Assembly: GCF_021028975.2 (NCBI RefSeq)
Contig: NC_059428.1
Coordinates: 148,304,001-148,368,000, forward strand
Reading direction: 5' to 3'
Source: Sphaerodactylus townsendi
Lineage: Eukaryota
DNA length: 64,000 bases
A model generated the notes under the pieces. That model was not told the DNA's origin, did not search any database, and saw nothing but the letters and a program-made list of their open reading frames with translations. This document shows positions 32,603 through 47,600 of this stretch, one piece after another. Within the stretch, counting starts at the first letter, position 1. Each line of letters opens with the position of its first letter. Made by a program: the position numbers and the translations under genes.

Positions 32603-35600
32603 CTGAAAACACACACGTGGAAAAGAACAAAATAAAATCAGTTCCCAGCCATCATTAACACAGGCCAGCATTCCCAGTTTCTCTGTCTAATTTTATAGGG
32701 GCTGGAAATGCAAAAAGAATGTGTGGCTAAAAATGCATTTTTCCATAATATTATTCTCCTCTCTGGGGAATGTTTTGTGTATTGGCCCTTGGGACCAGAG
32801 GCGTACCTAAGTTAATCATAAACATAAGTTAATCATAAACAAATGAATTATACATTCCATCCAGTCCCCATATTGTTACACTTGGTTTCCATTCCTTTAT
32901 TGAATTTACTGTAAGCTTTCTTAGCAAATGACTTAATGCTACTTTGCCTAGTTATCATTCATCACCATTTTGTCTTTACCTCTCCCCCCTCCCTCGCACC
33001 ACCCCTCCAACTCTCTTTAGTTTTAGACACCCCTCCTTTGTATTAAACCTCTACATCTCCTTTTGTCGTTCTCTGCCTCTGGACTCATTCACCATTAAAA
33101 GCCTGCACTCTCTAGCCCTCCCCCCCCCCCCACATGCCAAATTTAAATTATTTTCTGCATCTATGGTTCTGGAGAATCACCTGTGGTTTCAGTTTGTGGC
33201 AAGACCGAGCTGCAAATTTCGAAGACCTCTTGAAGTTCTTCTTGCCAGTGGCTTACTTTTGGGTCCCTGCTGGAAATGAAAAGTAAGACTATTTGGGATC
33301 CTGTTGGTATACTCTCCGTTCAGATGGGATCTTGTAAACAGAATGAAGTTCAAATAAACACAGGCCCCAAACTAAAACTCAGGGTCTGCCCAAGGTGCTA
33401 AGGTGCCCCCACGAGAACTTCCTCGCCCTCCCCATTCACTAGAGAGAAAAGCAAGAAATCCGCAATGAACCGTTTGCTTAATTAGGCATTCAAAACACAC
33501 AACATGAAAACAGACAAGAGGAGCTCTTCAAAAGCTCTTTGTATTTAAGGTTGCCAGCTCTGGGTTGGAAAATTATTGGAGATTATAGGGTGGGAGTCTG
33601 GGTAGGATGGGGTCAGGGAGCGGAGAGACATCAGTGGAGTATAATGTCAGAATGGCCCCAGGGTCTGGTTTAGCTCAAACCGCGGTCAGTGTGCAGTGCC
33701 ATCTAGCTTTGTACTTTCAATTTCCTTTGCATGCCTTTTCTCTGATTCTGTGGGAACAGGGTTGGCGCCTTTTGGCCGTAGGGGTGGGGGAAGAGGGGAT
33801 TTACGCTCAAGCCTTGCTGGGTAATCCTTTAGAATAGTCTACTGCCTGTTCTGATCTTTGGTTTCCCAATACAGACTATAGCTAATATCTGCAGTTTCTT
33901 TATTTGGACCGAGGTCTGACGTATAATGCCACACAGTCCGCTCTCCAAAGAGGTCTTTTTCTCTCCAGGTGAACTGATCGTTGTCCCCTGGAGATCAATT
34001 ATAATTCCAGGAGATCTCCAGCCGTCCCCTGGAAGTTGGCTACCTCCTGTTCCATCATGGCTGCCTTAGAAGAGTCAGCAGAGATGGAGATTCTAAAAGC
34101 CAGATAATAAGCTAGAAGAGGAGGCAACTCTTGGCCCTTTGGTGCCCCACAAAATCTAGCACCCAAGGCACCGGCGTAATTAGAGTGGGACAAGGCAAGA
34201 TACGAGCCCCGAGTGATACTGGCTTAGGGGTGCCCAGGTTGCCCCGTTGCAAAGCAGCAAGCTACCACTGCTTGGACAGCTGCCATCAAGAAGCCATGGG
34301 TAGACCTGGCCTCCAGCAGGTAGACCAGCCCTCTGGAAAGCTGTGGTTGAAAGTAATGGTAGACCTGGCCAGTGCAGACCTGGTTCCAAGGTGGGACAGA
34401 GTTATCAGATTTTTGGAGCGGGGAACAACTTCAGTTGAAACACTTGACCATTCTCTGTTTGTATGCCCTAAATACAATAAGATACGCATGAAATACATGA
34501 ATTCAATTTTCTTGAATTGTTCTCAGTTTCAAGAGTGTTGTAAGATGCCCAACCTCCTGAACAGCTCTGATGTGCTCTTTTGTGAAACTGTTGCAAATTT
34601 TATACTGGAAATTAGTAATTTTAACTGCATTTCTTAACCTTGTTTTGCTTTAAAATTCTGTCCTGTTTTGTATGCCAATAAAGGCTTGTGTGTGTGTATA
34701 TAGTTGTGCCATTTTCTGTAGACACACCCCTGGCCCTAGTCAATTGTCTAGATTTGCCTAGCACCGTGGTGGCGAACCTTTGGCACTCCAGATGTTATGG
34801 ACTACAATTCCCATCAGCCCCTTCCAGCATGGCCAATTGGCCATTGTAGTTCCTGAACATCTGGAGTGCCAAAGGTTCGCCACCATTGAGCTCTGCTGAA
34901 ACCTCTCTGTAGCACCACCATCTGTGGGTGGAGAGAAGTGGTGGTTTAACAGAAGTTAACATAGCTCAATACAGGGACACAGGCCCATTTTCGTCTTTCC
35001 CCAACTTCTTCCACATATCAGGTTTTCGCAAGATTTTGAAGTTCTGCAGAAACATCTATGTCCCAAAACAGGCATGCTTATCACGTCCATCATCAAAACC
35101 CAAACTCATACCATGCTTAATACAGGTATTTTTTTATCATCAGGGGTAAAAAGTCATTAAGGATGTAATAAAAGGTTGTAAAATAATGTAAATATATCGA
35201 TCCAAAAAAGAAAAGATATTTTTACCATCATGTTGAATAATTGGTATGTTGCAACAAACCTGCACATTTCAACCAGCAGATTTTCCTCTCTGGCTGGTTA
35301 ATTATCTGCTTGAAATGGACTTACGTGGCTGCCGCTTGGAAGATTCCACAAGGTCCGCTGGCGGATGGCTTGGGTTGGTAGGAAATGTTCAGAGCCGGCA
35401 AGATCTCAAATTGCACGAACTGGGCGATGTCCGACCACTGAGACGCGCTCATTGATGGCCCCTGTTTCCTGAGGAAGTCAAGGATGTTGCTGAAGAGCTC
35501 ACGCTGAATTTCTGGAGCGACAGAAGCCAGAGGAGAAGATCCGTTGCAGGTGAACGCGCTTGCTGCAGATCCGGAGCCCTGCAAAGAGGGGAAAGTAATG

Positions 35601-38600
35601 GGATGAGCAGTGTTCACAGGGGGAAAGGGGGTTCAGAACTAGGAGCATACAGGGTTCCCCTGTTCCCACGATCGGTTCTGGGGATAGCACGGGCCTATTT
35701 AGAGGCACCTTCCGCACACGCAAAATAATGCGTTTTCAAACCACTTTCACAACTGTTTGCAAGTGGATTTTGCTATTCCGCACAGCTTCAAAGAGCACTG
35801 AAAGCAGTTTGAAAGTGCATTATTCTGCATGTGCGGAAGGAGCCAGAGTGTCAGAGCAATGAACAGGCATCGTCAAGGATGAGTTTCCGGCTTCCTCCTA
35901 GGCACTGGCGAGAAATGAAGCAGTAGTACTATTGCCCAATCCAAGTTGTGAGAGCCACCACCATGGTATAGTGGCAGACTCTTATCTGGAGAACCGGTTT
36001 TGATTCCCTGCTCCTTCACACAAGCAGCGGACTCTTCTCTGGTGAACTGAATTTATTTCCCCACTCCTCCACCTAAAACCTTCTGGGTGATTTCAGACCA
36101 GTCACAGTTCTCTCCGACCTCTCTCAGCCCCACCTGCCTCACAAGGTGTCTGTGGTGGGGAGAGGAAGGGGAGGGGTTTGTCAGCTGCTTTGGGGCTCCT
36201 TGTGGTTGAGGAAAGTGGGGCATGGATCCAAACCCTTGAAACTCCTGGAGCATTGAGGATGGGGCTCGGGGAGGACAGAGACCTCAGTGGGGCACGAGGC
36301 CATGAAGTCCACACTCCATATTTGGAGTCTGTAGATCAGATGTCATTCCAGGGGATCCCCATCTCCCACCTGGAGGTTGGCATCCCCATCTCCAAGGGTC
36401 TGCAGGCAAAGGAAGAGAACTCTGCATTCGGATCTTACCTGGCAATGCAAACTCCGGAGCCTGCACAGGTAGTCATGAAGAGACTGATATTCTTTGAAAG
36501 TCTTTATACGTCCAACAACAACGCTGGTGAAACCGGAGCTGCACATGGGGCCCACGAGGGTTAAATCAGCAGCTTCCACGGGGCTGAGATCCTCAATCTG
36601 CAGTGGAGGAATCAGGGGGTGCATCATTTCCTAAGGCTCGACTGAGTCTGCAAAACCATTGCCATAGTGAGGTAGTTGGAGGACGAGAAGTCAGAGGAGG
36701 TCCCATGGGTGGATGAGCAATGATCTGCATGTGTGAATGCTACATTGCCGGCCAGGTGACCCAGATACAGAGGTGGGATCCAGCAGGTTCTCACCAGTTC
36801 CCGAGAGTGGGTTACTAATTATTTGTGTGTGCCGAGAGGGGGTTACTAATTGGGTCTGCTTTTCCGTTAGAAATCCCATTAGGTCCAAAAATCATAAAGC
36901 CCTGTTGTTTCCTATGTGGCTGGTTAGTGAAGGGAGAAAACAGGATAATTCTCCCTGTTGGGCTGTTTTAAAAACATGTTTTAGAAATATGGTAAAGTTC
37001 CCTGTTTAAGGAAAGTATCCTTCTTTTGATTTCTAGAAACAAAATTAAGTATTTGAAAGTATTAAGTATTTGACAGGCAGTCAATTAGAGGAGAAGTGGT
37101 TGTTTCTGTTGGCAGTAGACGATAGGACTTGCTAGAATGAGTTTAAATTATGGACAGAAAGATACTAGCTGGAAATTAGGAACTTTTTTTTACAGTAAGA
37201 GTTTTTTTACAGTAACAGAGAAATTATTAATGCCCCGCCCCCGGAATGCCCGCCCACGCCCCCCTCGTGCCCCGCCCAGCCCCATTGGCACTACACCACT
37301 GTTTGAATCCCACTACCATGGAAACCTGTTACTAAATTTTTTGGATCCCACCACTGCCCAGATAGTACACCCAGTCCACTTCAGATTCACCAGTTTGTAC
37401 ACTCGGCTGTCATTCACCAGTTGCCTCTGTAATTGCTCTTAGTACTACTCAACAGAGCTATAACCACACTGTGTAGTGAAATATGTGCTTTGGCCCAGTT
37501 TTACACAGCTTGGGCACTTGGGAGTCATATGTACCAAACGTCAGCTCGTGTGAGAACAACTTAAGCCCTGGGATACAGATTTCATGCTTTCAATGTAAGA
37601 AAGTGAGATGTACTAATGTCCTCTTATGGACAACGTGCATACCAGGTTTCAGTTTTCTAGCTACTTTGGAACCATCTTAATCAAGATGAGTCCCACCGTT
37701 TTGATAAGGAAGTGTATAAGTGTCCCTGTGATAGATTTTTCCAGCAAATTCCAGGGTTGTAGCTCAGGGGAAATTCTCTTTAAAAAATTGATACCTCTTA
37801 CCCTGCTGAGTGAAAATCAATATGGATTTTTTTTAAAAAAATCCCTGCATTGGTCCATTTCATGCTTAAAACAGTAAGTGTTGTCCGTTGTATGTAGGGT
37901 CGTGAGATGCAGGGTGGGAAATTCCTGTAAATGTTGGGAATGGAGTCTGGGGAAGATGGTCTTTGGAACTGGAGGGACAGAGTTCATTTTCCAAAGCAAC
38001 CATTTTCTCCACAGGAACTGATCCCAGTTGCTTGGGGATAGGATGTAATCCCAGGAGATCTCCAGCCACGACTTGGAGCCTGGCAACCTTAATTTTATCT
38101 GGGGAAAGGAGCTGTGTCTCTTGAAAGCTCAAAATGGAATAAATGTTGCTAGACTTTCAGGTCCCACGGGACTTTGGTTTTGTGTTAGCGTTCTCTGACC
38201 TTGAATGTTGTTGTTCTAATCCAATTTAGCCTGTGTTTATTAATCTGAGACGCTTCTATCTTGCTGTGTCTCCTGAAAAATAAGGCTGGTTCAGTACAAA
38301 TATTGGCTTTACTCTCTGGACACCCCCATCCAGCTGAGCTATAATTTTAATCCACGTTGCTGCTGTCTGGATCAAAATTCTACATTGTCCGCAAAATGAT
38401 CGCTTGACCCAGGGAAGTAGATAGAACATGTACCCAAGTTTTAAAGTTTTTGAAAGTCACAGCTCATACTCTGAAAATCATGTTGATCTCTAAGGTGTTC
38501 CTGGACTTGGAATCGTAGAATCATAGAAGAGACCCCCAAGGGCCATCAAGTCCAACCCCCTGCAATGCAAGAAACTTGACCCTAGCTGTTCTGCTATAGA

Positions 38601-41600
38601 CCAACACCTCTGTTCTCTGAAACTAGCAGGTAGCAATTTCAGACAGCTGTTCATCTAAAAGTTTTACCAATATTTGTCACATTTGGCCCAGGGGAGCAGA
38701 CAGTGGGCCAGGTGAAAGATATTGAGTCTGTCTGTCTGTCCGTCCATCCATCTCTCTCTTTCTTAGGTCCCAGAAGGGTGGGCATGGAAGGGTGGGATAA
38801 GAATCTACAACATTAGTCTCTGTGATTGGCAGGCAGTATGAAATCTCTGGATTGGCTTGGCGTGCTATGAATTATTCAGAACTCAGATGATGGCATTGGC
38901 TCCATCAAGAGAGCTGGATTTCTCACCTGCTGTGTTTCCGCTTCCAGGGGCCTCCAGGGGAGTCTACATGCTTTGGGTCTAGATTTCAGATATGTCTGCT
39001 GTAGACATTCTGGCTGCAACCCAGTGCAGAGTAAGACATGCTCACATGCCCACTGAAACCTCTAATCCTCAACTCCTCTGATGGTGCGTTTGGGCAGAGG
39101 TTCAGATATTTGAGAGGGATGACACGGACTGGCGTTTATGGGTTTTCCAGGCTGTGTGGTTGTGGTTTATGGGTTTTCCAGCCTGGAAAACCCACAACAG
39201 CCAGTTGTTCCCAGCTGTGAAAGACTTCAACAATACAATGACGGAGATTCTTTTTTGGCAATGACACAATACTCATCAGTATTGAATACTCTCAGTAGTT
39301 TGATGTGGCCCATCAACCATGTTCTTTTTAAAGAAGCTGGTCACACTCCCCCAAATCATTTCAAACAGGTGACGGGATCTGTGAGTGTTTAGTTCAACCA
39401 GTAGCAATCGAGTTTATCCCAATAAACCCTCTTTCTGCATCCAAATTCAGCAGATTTGTGTGTTTTAAAAAGAAAAAAGAAACACCACAGGGAAGCAGAT
39501 TGGTTCAGTTTTGAAAACTATTTCTTGTTTTATTGATGAACAGGTTGACACAATCAGAGTTTTTATGCAGAGAGTACCCAAAAAAAGGACACCGGCAACG
39601 GTTTACGGAATGCAGGCAAACCAGACTTTATTTTGGGCAGCATATAGTTGCTGGCAACAGAATTACTTTAAAAAAATACTTAAGGAAAACATAGCAGTCC
39701 AGATGACATACAAAAGCATCCTGTATAACTAAGACAGTCTGGGAAGAATCCACAAGTCATCCATCTCCCTGCTACTGATAAAAGCCATGAGCCATGATTA
39801 TATATTTGTGATTGCTTTAAAACATGGCTACCGTTTGCTGTTTCTCCGTTTGCTTAGAAGGCATCTTGACATTCAAAATCTGAACATTTTGATCGCAAAG
39901 TTGTTTTTTAAAAACACAAGATTTGCAAAGCAACAACCCCAGAATACTCGTTCCAGCACACCTAAATTTTGTTGTGCAAACGTTAGAAATCGTATCGCTA
40001 GGGAATAAATGTGTGGCCCTCAATTGCTACTGATTAAATTAAACTTTGGATACTGGTAGAAGACAGTTTGGTTGATTTGCCTGCTGTGCCAATTGCAAAT
40101 GAAAGGAGGGCCAATTGTTTTGCTATTTAATTTCCAAAACAAGCTGGAATCTGGAGAGATAAAAAACAACAACAGGAAAAATAGAGAAATGCTAAAAATT
40201 ATTTTTTTAAAACATGGTACCACCTTCCTTTCTGGATCACAGCACAAAGGGACTTGGCCTTATTGTGAACAATCCCTTTTTAAAAAAAGTTTCAAATGAT
40301 AAGAAGCAACGGGACAGTACGAAACAGAGGTCCCCAACGTGCTTCCATGGTAACCCCCATCACCTCGGCAGCAGCAGCAGCAGCAGAAGGCCATTGCTTT
40401 CACTTCCTGCCTGTGAGCTCCCAAAGGCACCTGGTGGGCCACTGCGAGTAGCAGAGTGCTGGACTAGATGGACTCTGGTCTGATCCAGCAGGCTCCTTCT
40501 TATGTTCTTAACTGGTGCCCATCAAGTGTTTTGAGGAAGTAGGAAGGGACCATTAGTGCTTCTATCCAGCAGTGCTCCTAACTGGCAATTGGAGAATGGA
40601 TTGGCCGTGCAGATTTTTTAAAGGATTTTCACAATGTGACTGAAGGTAAGCTGTAGCAGCCATCTTCAGTCTCCTTTTGCCTCCCCTGCTGCGGCTATTT
40701 TTGGCCTATGCCCGCCACACCTCCACACCAGCTGAGAAAGTATGTCAGTCCCTATGGATTTCGCTGCAATGAATGTAACAAAAATAGCCACAAATAGCCA
40801 CTTAAAAAAAATAGGGATGGTGCCCAGGAAAACAGGGAATGCAATGGTGTTGGAGGAACATCACCTGGAGTCTTAAGAACAAATGAGAAGCCCAAGGGCA
40901 TCAAGGCCAGAGAGGAAAGTTGGGGCGGGAGCACTACGCTGAACTGCACTGACTAGAGAAACTTACTGCATTGAGACCTGGGTATAAAGCTTGCAGTTCA
41001 TTGAGTTTAGCCACTGAGCAAAAGTCTCCCAAATTGTCCATCAGCCAGCCACGGACTCCGGTGGTTCCGCTGTCACACGCTGACCCTGCAAAGGAAAGGA
41101 GGCCGGGGCATGTAGCATGGCGCAAAAATCCACAGATCCACAGATAGTGTGTGTGCATTATTTTATATCTCTGTTCACACTCTTGTTTACGTACCACCCC
41201 ACCAATCCATCTCTTAACAGCTGACAAATATTATGATAATGTGGTTTCTGGTCTTCCCTTCCTACCAACTGACCCCTCTGTCCTTAGACTGTGAGAATCT
41301 TTCAAGATTTAAACACAGAAGAGCGTCTGTTCTGTGTGACACCACCGGTCCACCTAGTCCAGCGTCCTGTTTCCTGCTGGATTCTTGTGACTTTATGCCA
41401 AATATTGAAAGAAAAGCCTCTTGGCCGTTGCTTGAAGGACAAGAGATGAGAGAAGTAGAGAGAAGAGAGGGAACTCAGGAGCGCATTGCCTGGGAGACAA
41501 AATACCTGGAAAAGATGGCTGGGGACAGGGCGTGGCCTTGCCTGGAAGACCCACCTGAGAGCCCCTGCAGGGGCTCAGTGCAAGTTTTTCTAAGAATTGC

Positions 41601-44600
41601 CCGAATCGGCGCCTCACCTGAGTCTGCAAATTGTGCCGCTAAGTAAGTCTTCTGAAATCCGTACACCTCCTCCTTCTTCTTGGCGGACAGTTTCGAATAG
41701 ACGTCAACAAGGGCTTTCACACTAACCAGAAAAACACACTGTTAACACACTAACACACTGTTGGCCAGAGTTGTCTCTTTTTCAGCATGCAAGCAACGCC
41801 ATTGGGCAGAAAAGCTCTTTAATTCCCACTCCTTGGACACGTGAAAGATGTACGCAGATATCCCGGCCACACACATTCTAACAGCCATCCTGATACCAGA
41901 CATGCTTCAAAGGTTGTTCTGTCAATGACTTTTGAGTGTGAGAAAATTCAGAGGCAGTATAAGGAGGAGTGTCTGGATTTATTTCCTCACCTTTATCTCC
42001 TGTAAGGAGGCTCGAGGTGACTCGCAGACTCCTTCCCTTCCCTTCCTCTTTCTGCAACAGACACCTTGTGAGGCAGGTGGGGCTGAGAAAGGTCAGAGAG
42101 AACTGGGACTAGCCCAAGGTTACCCAGCAAGGCTTCATGTGTAGGAGCAGAGAAACAAACCCAGTTCACCAGTTAAGAGTCCGCCACTCATGGGTAGGAG
42201 TGGGGAATCAAACCCAGTTCTCTAGATTAGAGTCTACAGCTCTGAACCACGACACCACGCTGGCTCTCAGACTAGCTTGAGCTCAAGTGCTCAGAAACTA
42301 ACCAGAGTCAGTCCCAGTTTGTACTTGGAAGTCCAAAATTGCCACACAGAGGCAGGAAATGGCAAACCATCTCTGGACGTCTGTTGGGTTGAAAACCTTA
42401 TGGGGGTTGCCTCTGCACTTCACTATAATGCACTTCATTATAAACCTCAGATGTCAGGGACAGCAATGGGGAAGGACTTTGGGCTTCTGGACTCTGCGGA
42501 CTGTCCTTGAAAACCTGAACTAATGAAGCAACGCAGCAACCGCAGTCCTCGGGGTGTTCCTGTTGCTGGGAGGGAGCATTCGGTCAAAGAGTGAAACTGC
42601 AATAGACACAGCGATGCCGAAAGATTCTGAAGCCGAATAAAAGCCGAAAAACCGAATAATTGGTCATGCAACTTACACAATTTGGTAATACGGGCAAGGC
42701 ATACTGCGGGGTAGCAAGTCCAGAAGAGTCCCGTTGATGCCCGGGAGCAGGGGGCGGAGTCTCTGGAACCAAGCGGCTGCGTCTTCTGGGGACATGGCAT
42801 CGATCTGAGGGAAGACCATCTCCGCCGGGAACGTCAGCATCCTGTGCTGCACTTTGGGGTTGCTGAGTAAACCAGGATTCTGTTGGGATATTGAGAAGTC
42901 AGCAACATACCATGCGAGGGTTGAGCGGCGCTGGCAAACCACCTCTGTTGGTCTTTGCCTTGACCCAAATGGCCCAGGCTAGCCCAATTTTGTCAGATCT
43001 CAGAATCTAAGCAGGGTTGGCCATGGTTGGTACTCAGATTGGAAACTACCAAGGAAGCAGAGTCACTGTGCAGAAGCAAGCAGTGGCAAACTACCTCTGT
43101 CCATCTCCTGAAAGCCTATGGGGCTGTGACTGGACGGCCCTTCTGTTATCGTTATGCTTGAAGGGGATTATCATTCTGGTCAATTAGTCATTGCCACTGG
43201 CTGTGATTCCTCCTCCTCCTCATAACACAAGGCAATTCATATAACTTCTTCCCAGCCATACAGAAGCTCAGGCTACTAAATAAGCTGGTTACCTTCAGTG
43301 CAAAGTTATTGAACTCATCCAGAAAGGTACCAAGATGATGGAATGAGTCTTCCTTTTCTTGGATGGCTTCGTAGACATGCATTATGGCCAATCTGCTAAA
43401 AATAACGCGGCTTTGTGTGGACAGCTGAGCCAGAGCGCTTGCCGAGAAGAGATCCAAGGAATCGTCCTGCGTTGGGAATACAATATGAGATTAGGGGAAA
43501 CAGGAATAATACCAAAGCAGTTGGATGCAGTTGGACGCACAGGTTCTTTGCTGGCCTTCCAAGATGGAAACAAACGATACTCCCAACAACTAATTACCAG
43601 CATGAATTATGATAGAGCTAGGGATCTTGTTAAACTTAGAATCATAGATGTCGAGAGGCAACACGACCTGAATAAACTCAAACACCCAATCTTCAGCAAA
43701 ATAATGCTGAATAAACTTTCAATAATGCCTTATCTTACTTTCTTTTGTTTAACTATCGAAGAGCTCACAGCCTACTCCGCTACAACGCCCTTCGCCTAAT
43801 TATACCAACGGATTTATAACAAATAACTGAGGGCAGAATTTGCAGTTGTCATCAGGAGGTGTTGAAACCTCGAACACATATTATTTGAATACCATACTAT
43901 GATGAGATAATGCTGATGCTTCTGTCCTTTGACCAGACAAACATTCCTTTGCCAAGAAAGAAAAGGTTAAAATACTGTTATCAGATACCAATAAAAAATC
44001 TAACGCATTCTGCTACTAAGCTTGCCTGGATATCAAGTAAAAATCAGGAAGGTCTCGACAGAGTTAACTACTGGCTCTGCTAGCTAATCCTGCTACTAAT
44101 TATTAGACTGACCTTCCACTCATTATCTTGAGCTGATGTTCTGAGTTCCTGAGGTCTATTATCTGTATTTTGTTAACTGTTTTAATCTGTATATTTGTAA
44201 TATCTGTAAATTTTATGATTTTAATTCTTTTGGATCTTGCTGGTCAATGACCGTAAATAAATTATGTATGTATGTACTTCTGTGGCATCCTTAGAAGAAG
44301 AAGAGTTTGGGTTTATATCCCCCCTTTCTTTCCTGGAGGAGACTCAAAGGGGCTGACAATCTCCTTGCCCTTCCCCCCTCACAACAAGCACCCTGTGAGG
44401 TGGGTGGGGCTGAGAGAACTCCGAGAAGCTGTGACTAGCCCAAGGTCACCCAGCTGGCGTGTGTGGGAGTGTACAGGCTAATCTGAATTCCCCAGATAAG
44501 CCTCCACAACTCAAGCGGCAGAGCTGGGAATCAAACCCGGTTCCTCCAGATCAGAGTGCACCTGCTCTTAGCCACTACGCCACTGCTGCTCCCAAGCTTA

Positions 44601-47600
44601 GCCAAGCAAAACTTTCTATGACATCCTTAGTCAAACCCATAACTCCCAGAGGTTGGTCAGCTTTGAAAAGGTATTAAAATAATTCATAGGGGAGAGCTCC
44701 ATCAAAGGCTACCAGCCATGGCTACTAAATAAACTGACTGAGGGGGAATCCAACTATTCTCCAAGAAACCTTCTTCCATCTTGGCTCTTTCCTTTAGTGG
44801 AGCTGGAGGAAGACTCCCTGGGCTGAGAGAAAGGTTCAAACTTTGCTCAAGAAAGTGGTAGATTCCACCACAGTGGTGCTCTGAATACAAGTTACGAGGG
44901 GCAACTATGGGGCCTCCATACCCCATTTGTAGGCTGTCCAGGAACAAAAGGTTGACTAGCTATGAAACAGGAAGATGGACTAGATGATTCACTAGTCTGA
45001 TCCAGCATAGCTGCTTTTCTTAAGTCAATCACCCAGAGATACCTGATGGTTTAGGGGCATCTTTACAATCCTGAAGAACATACCATGGGAACTTCAAAGA
45101 ATAACAGGTTACATGGAGAAATTTTTACACAGTGACACTGCACCAGGAAATTGTAAATGTTGTTGTTGTAAATGTATTGTTGTAAACATATTGATATTTA
45201 TCTATTGTAATGCATGAATATTGTCCAAATATTGATATTTTGATATATTAATTCTCTGTTAATGTATTGCTGATTTACTGTTACTGTTATTTAATGTAGT
45301 ATAGATTCAGTATGGATATGTATTAATATGTTTGATATAGTGCTGCTGTTATTGTTGGGAAAATTGTTTGGCTTGATATGTTTCAGTCGCCAACTATAAT
45401 ATGATCTTCATTCTTAGCTTTATTGTATGTTATCAGTATTTAATTTGTTGTAATGTTTACTGTTTTATGATGTCAGTCACCCTGAGCTGTGCGAGGGTAG
45501 GGCGGGATATGATTAGAATTACAAATGCAAAATACAAAAAGGTGTGGACCAAATGTCCAGCAGATATACGCTATGAATCGCTGTCTAGTTACCAGTGGGA
45601 CAATCTCATACTTTCCAGGTTCTTGAAAAAAGATGCCACTTTCAGTGAGTCTCAGTTTGATTCAGCAAGACACTTATTTCTTAAAGAAACTGTTGTTTTG
45701 AGATTACAAGACGCAGATTAGTTCCACCTTAACTGAGCAGATTCCTGGTCTTCACTCACAAAGGACACCAGGGATCTGAGTTTTTCAAAAATACGTTTCG
45801 GAAAGCGAAAGGCAGCACAGAGCTAACCATGGGGCATTGTTGTCACTGAGAACAAAGGGGGCGCAAAGTCCAAAGACCACAGAGTATTTACCCCACGGAA
45901 GTTGCTTTTCAGCTCAGCAAAATCTGTGTAGGAGCAGGAAGAGCTGAAAGGTCCGAAAAATGTCTTTAGCCACTGTCTGTCTGCAGACACGCCCTGCGTG
46001 CAGGGAGAACCTGTTGCAAAACAGAACCATTAGAGAAACGTAAGCCAAGTTTGGGCCACCTCTCCAGGGAACTTACAAGACAAAATGCTAAAGTTTATTA
46101 ATCAAATCCCATTATTGTGTTACTTTTTGGATTTTCACTGAAGGGGTATCATTTATACAGAGACGTTGAGTTCTAAGTGCATATTTTGAGATCCTCTTTC
46201 TGTTTGTAACGTGTTATCCACGTTCTATATTTTTCTATATTGTTGGTCCTTTGATACAGTCTTCTTAATTATTTCTATTAAAGGTATAGTTTCAGTGCTG
46301 TTCTTTGAGCCAGATAGAGGTTGTATTTTTGCAATCTGAATCTGAATCTCCCCAGTTCATCACTGTTTCTCCTTTGTTCAAATCCATTCTGTTTGGAGTC
46401 TCCCCCACCCTTGTGATGAATATTGTTCCCATTACATTTATGCAGTGCTTACAATAGTTCATTGTGCATTTTTATCTACAACAAAGTGCTAAGTCTTTCA
46501 TCCCTAAGCCTTAAGTCTCCTTCACAGGGTGACACCACTATTCCTGTATTTCTCTGAAGTGACTATTCCTATAATTCTCTGAAGTGTTTGGCAAAGCATC
46601 TCTGTGTAAATGCGTAGCTTTTAAATGTTGGTTCAATGAACGATCCCATTTTGACATCTGGTTCTGAAGGATCATTTTGTTTCTAGAAACACTCTGACAT
46701 TCATAATTCAGCTTGCTGAGTCTGTGGGCACTTTTTGGAACGTTGGGACACCTCACAAAATCACTACCTGGTGTTGGGGGGTCGGGACCAGTCACAGACA
46801 TGGCTGCTGTTGAGGTGGGGCCAATCACAAAATATTGGGAGGTTGCTAGCCAAATGGCCTCCTAGGATGATGGCAACCATTTCTTTTCTGAAGCACCTCC
46901 TACTGTAGTGGGAGGATGAAATATTGGTTCTTTGCTTTGGAAAAGAGTTATGTGTGCATCAGGAAATACATCAGCAGCCACTACTAAATCAGGGCATCTT
47001 ATTTGCTGCCAAATGCATCTCCCCCTTTGGATACTTGGGTTCCAAAAGACGTCACCAGAGGTTGGGTGGCTTGTTACCTGAATTTTGCAGTTGGAAGTGG
47101 AGAACTCTCTTGATAAAAGATGCAACATCGCCTGGATTTTCAAATGTGTTGTTGACGTGGTAGTTGGTTAATGCGCCCACTCTGCAAGAGAATGGAAGAA
47201 GAGTAGTTAAAAATAACTGGGCCTTGGAGAACAGCCAGGCAGAGGCAGAACGGGCACGGAGTTGGTACCTACATGGCCGCAAGGGAATCACATGAGGTGC
47301 CGCTGGGGATGAAGCCGAGATTCTGGGCATCCAAACTGCTGAGGAAGAGGCGGAGCCTTTCCCCAAACCAGAGGGTGTAGTCCTTTGCGGTGAAGAGTGG
47401 GAACGCACTGCTCAAGTGACAGAAGATCTCACCCAACATGAATCTCCTTGTCTCCGACTGGGGCAGCTGAGACAGTTTCTTCTGCAAGGCCAGAAACATT
47501 GNNNNNNNNNNNNNNNNNNNNNNNNNNNNNNNNNNNNNNNNNNNNNNNNNNNNNNNNNNNNNNNNNNNNNNNNNNNNNNNNNNNNNNNNNNNNNNNNNNN

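Noticed and set aside
34955-35260. Cys-rich terminal ORF (CFCRTSKSCENLIC..) and micro-exon candidates on the minus strand
   Set aside because: Weak splice support. Exon 35325 joins 33266 directly in phase and completes the cassette.
42968-43060. 5S rRNA gene
   Set aside because: Diverged, incomplete and fused to a retroposon tail.
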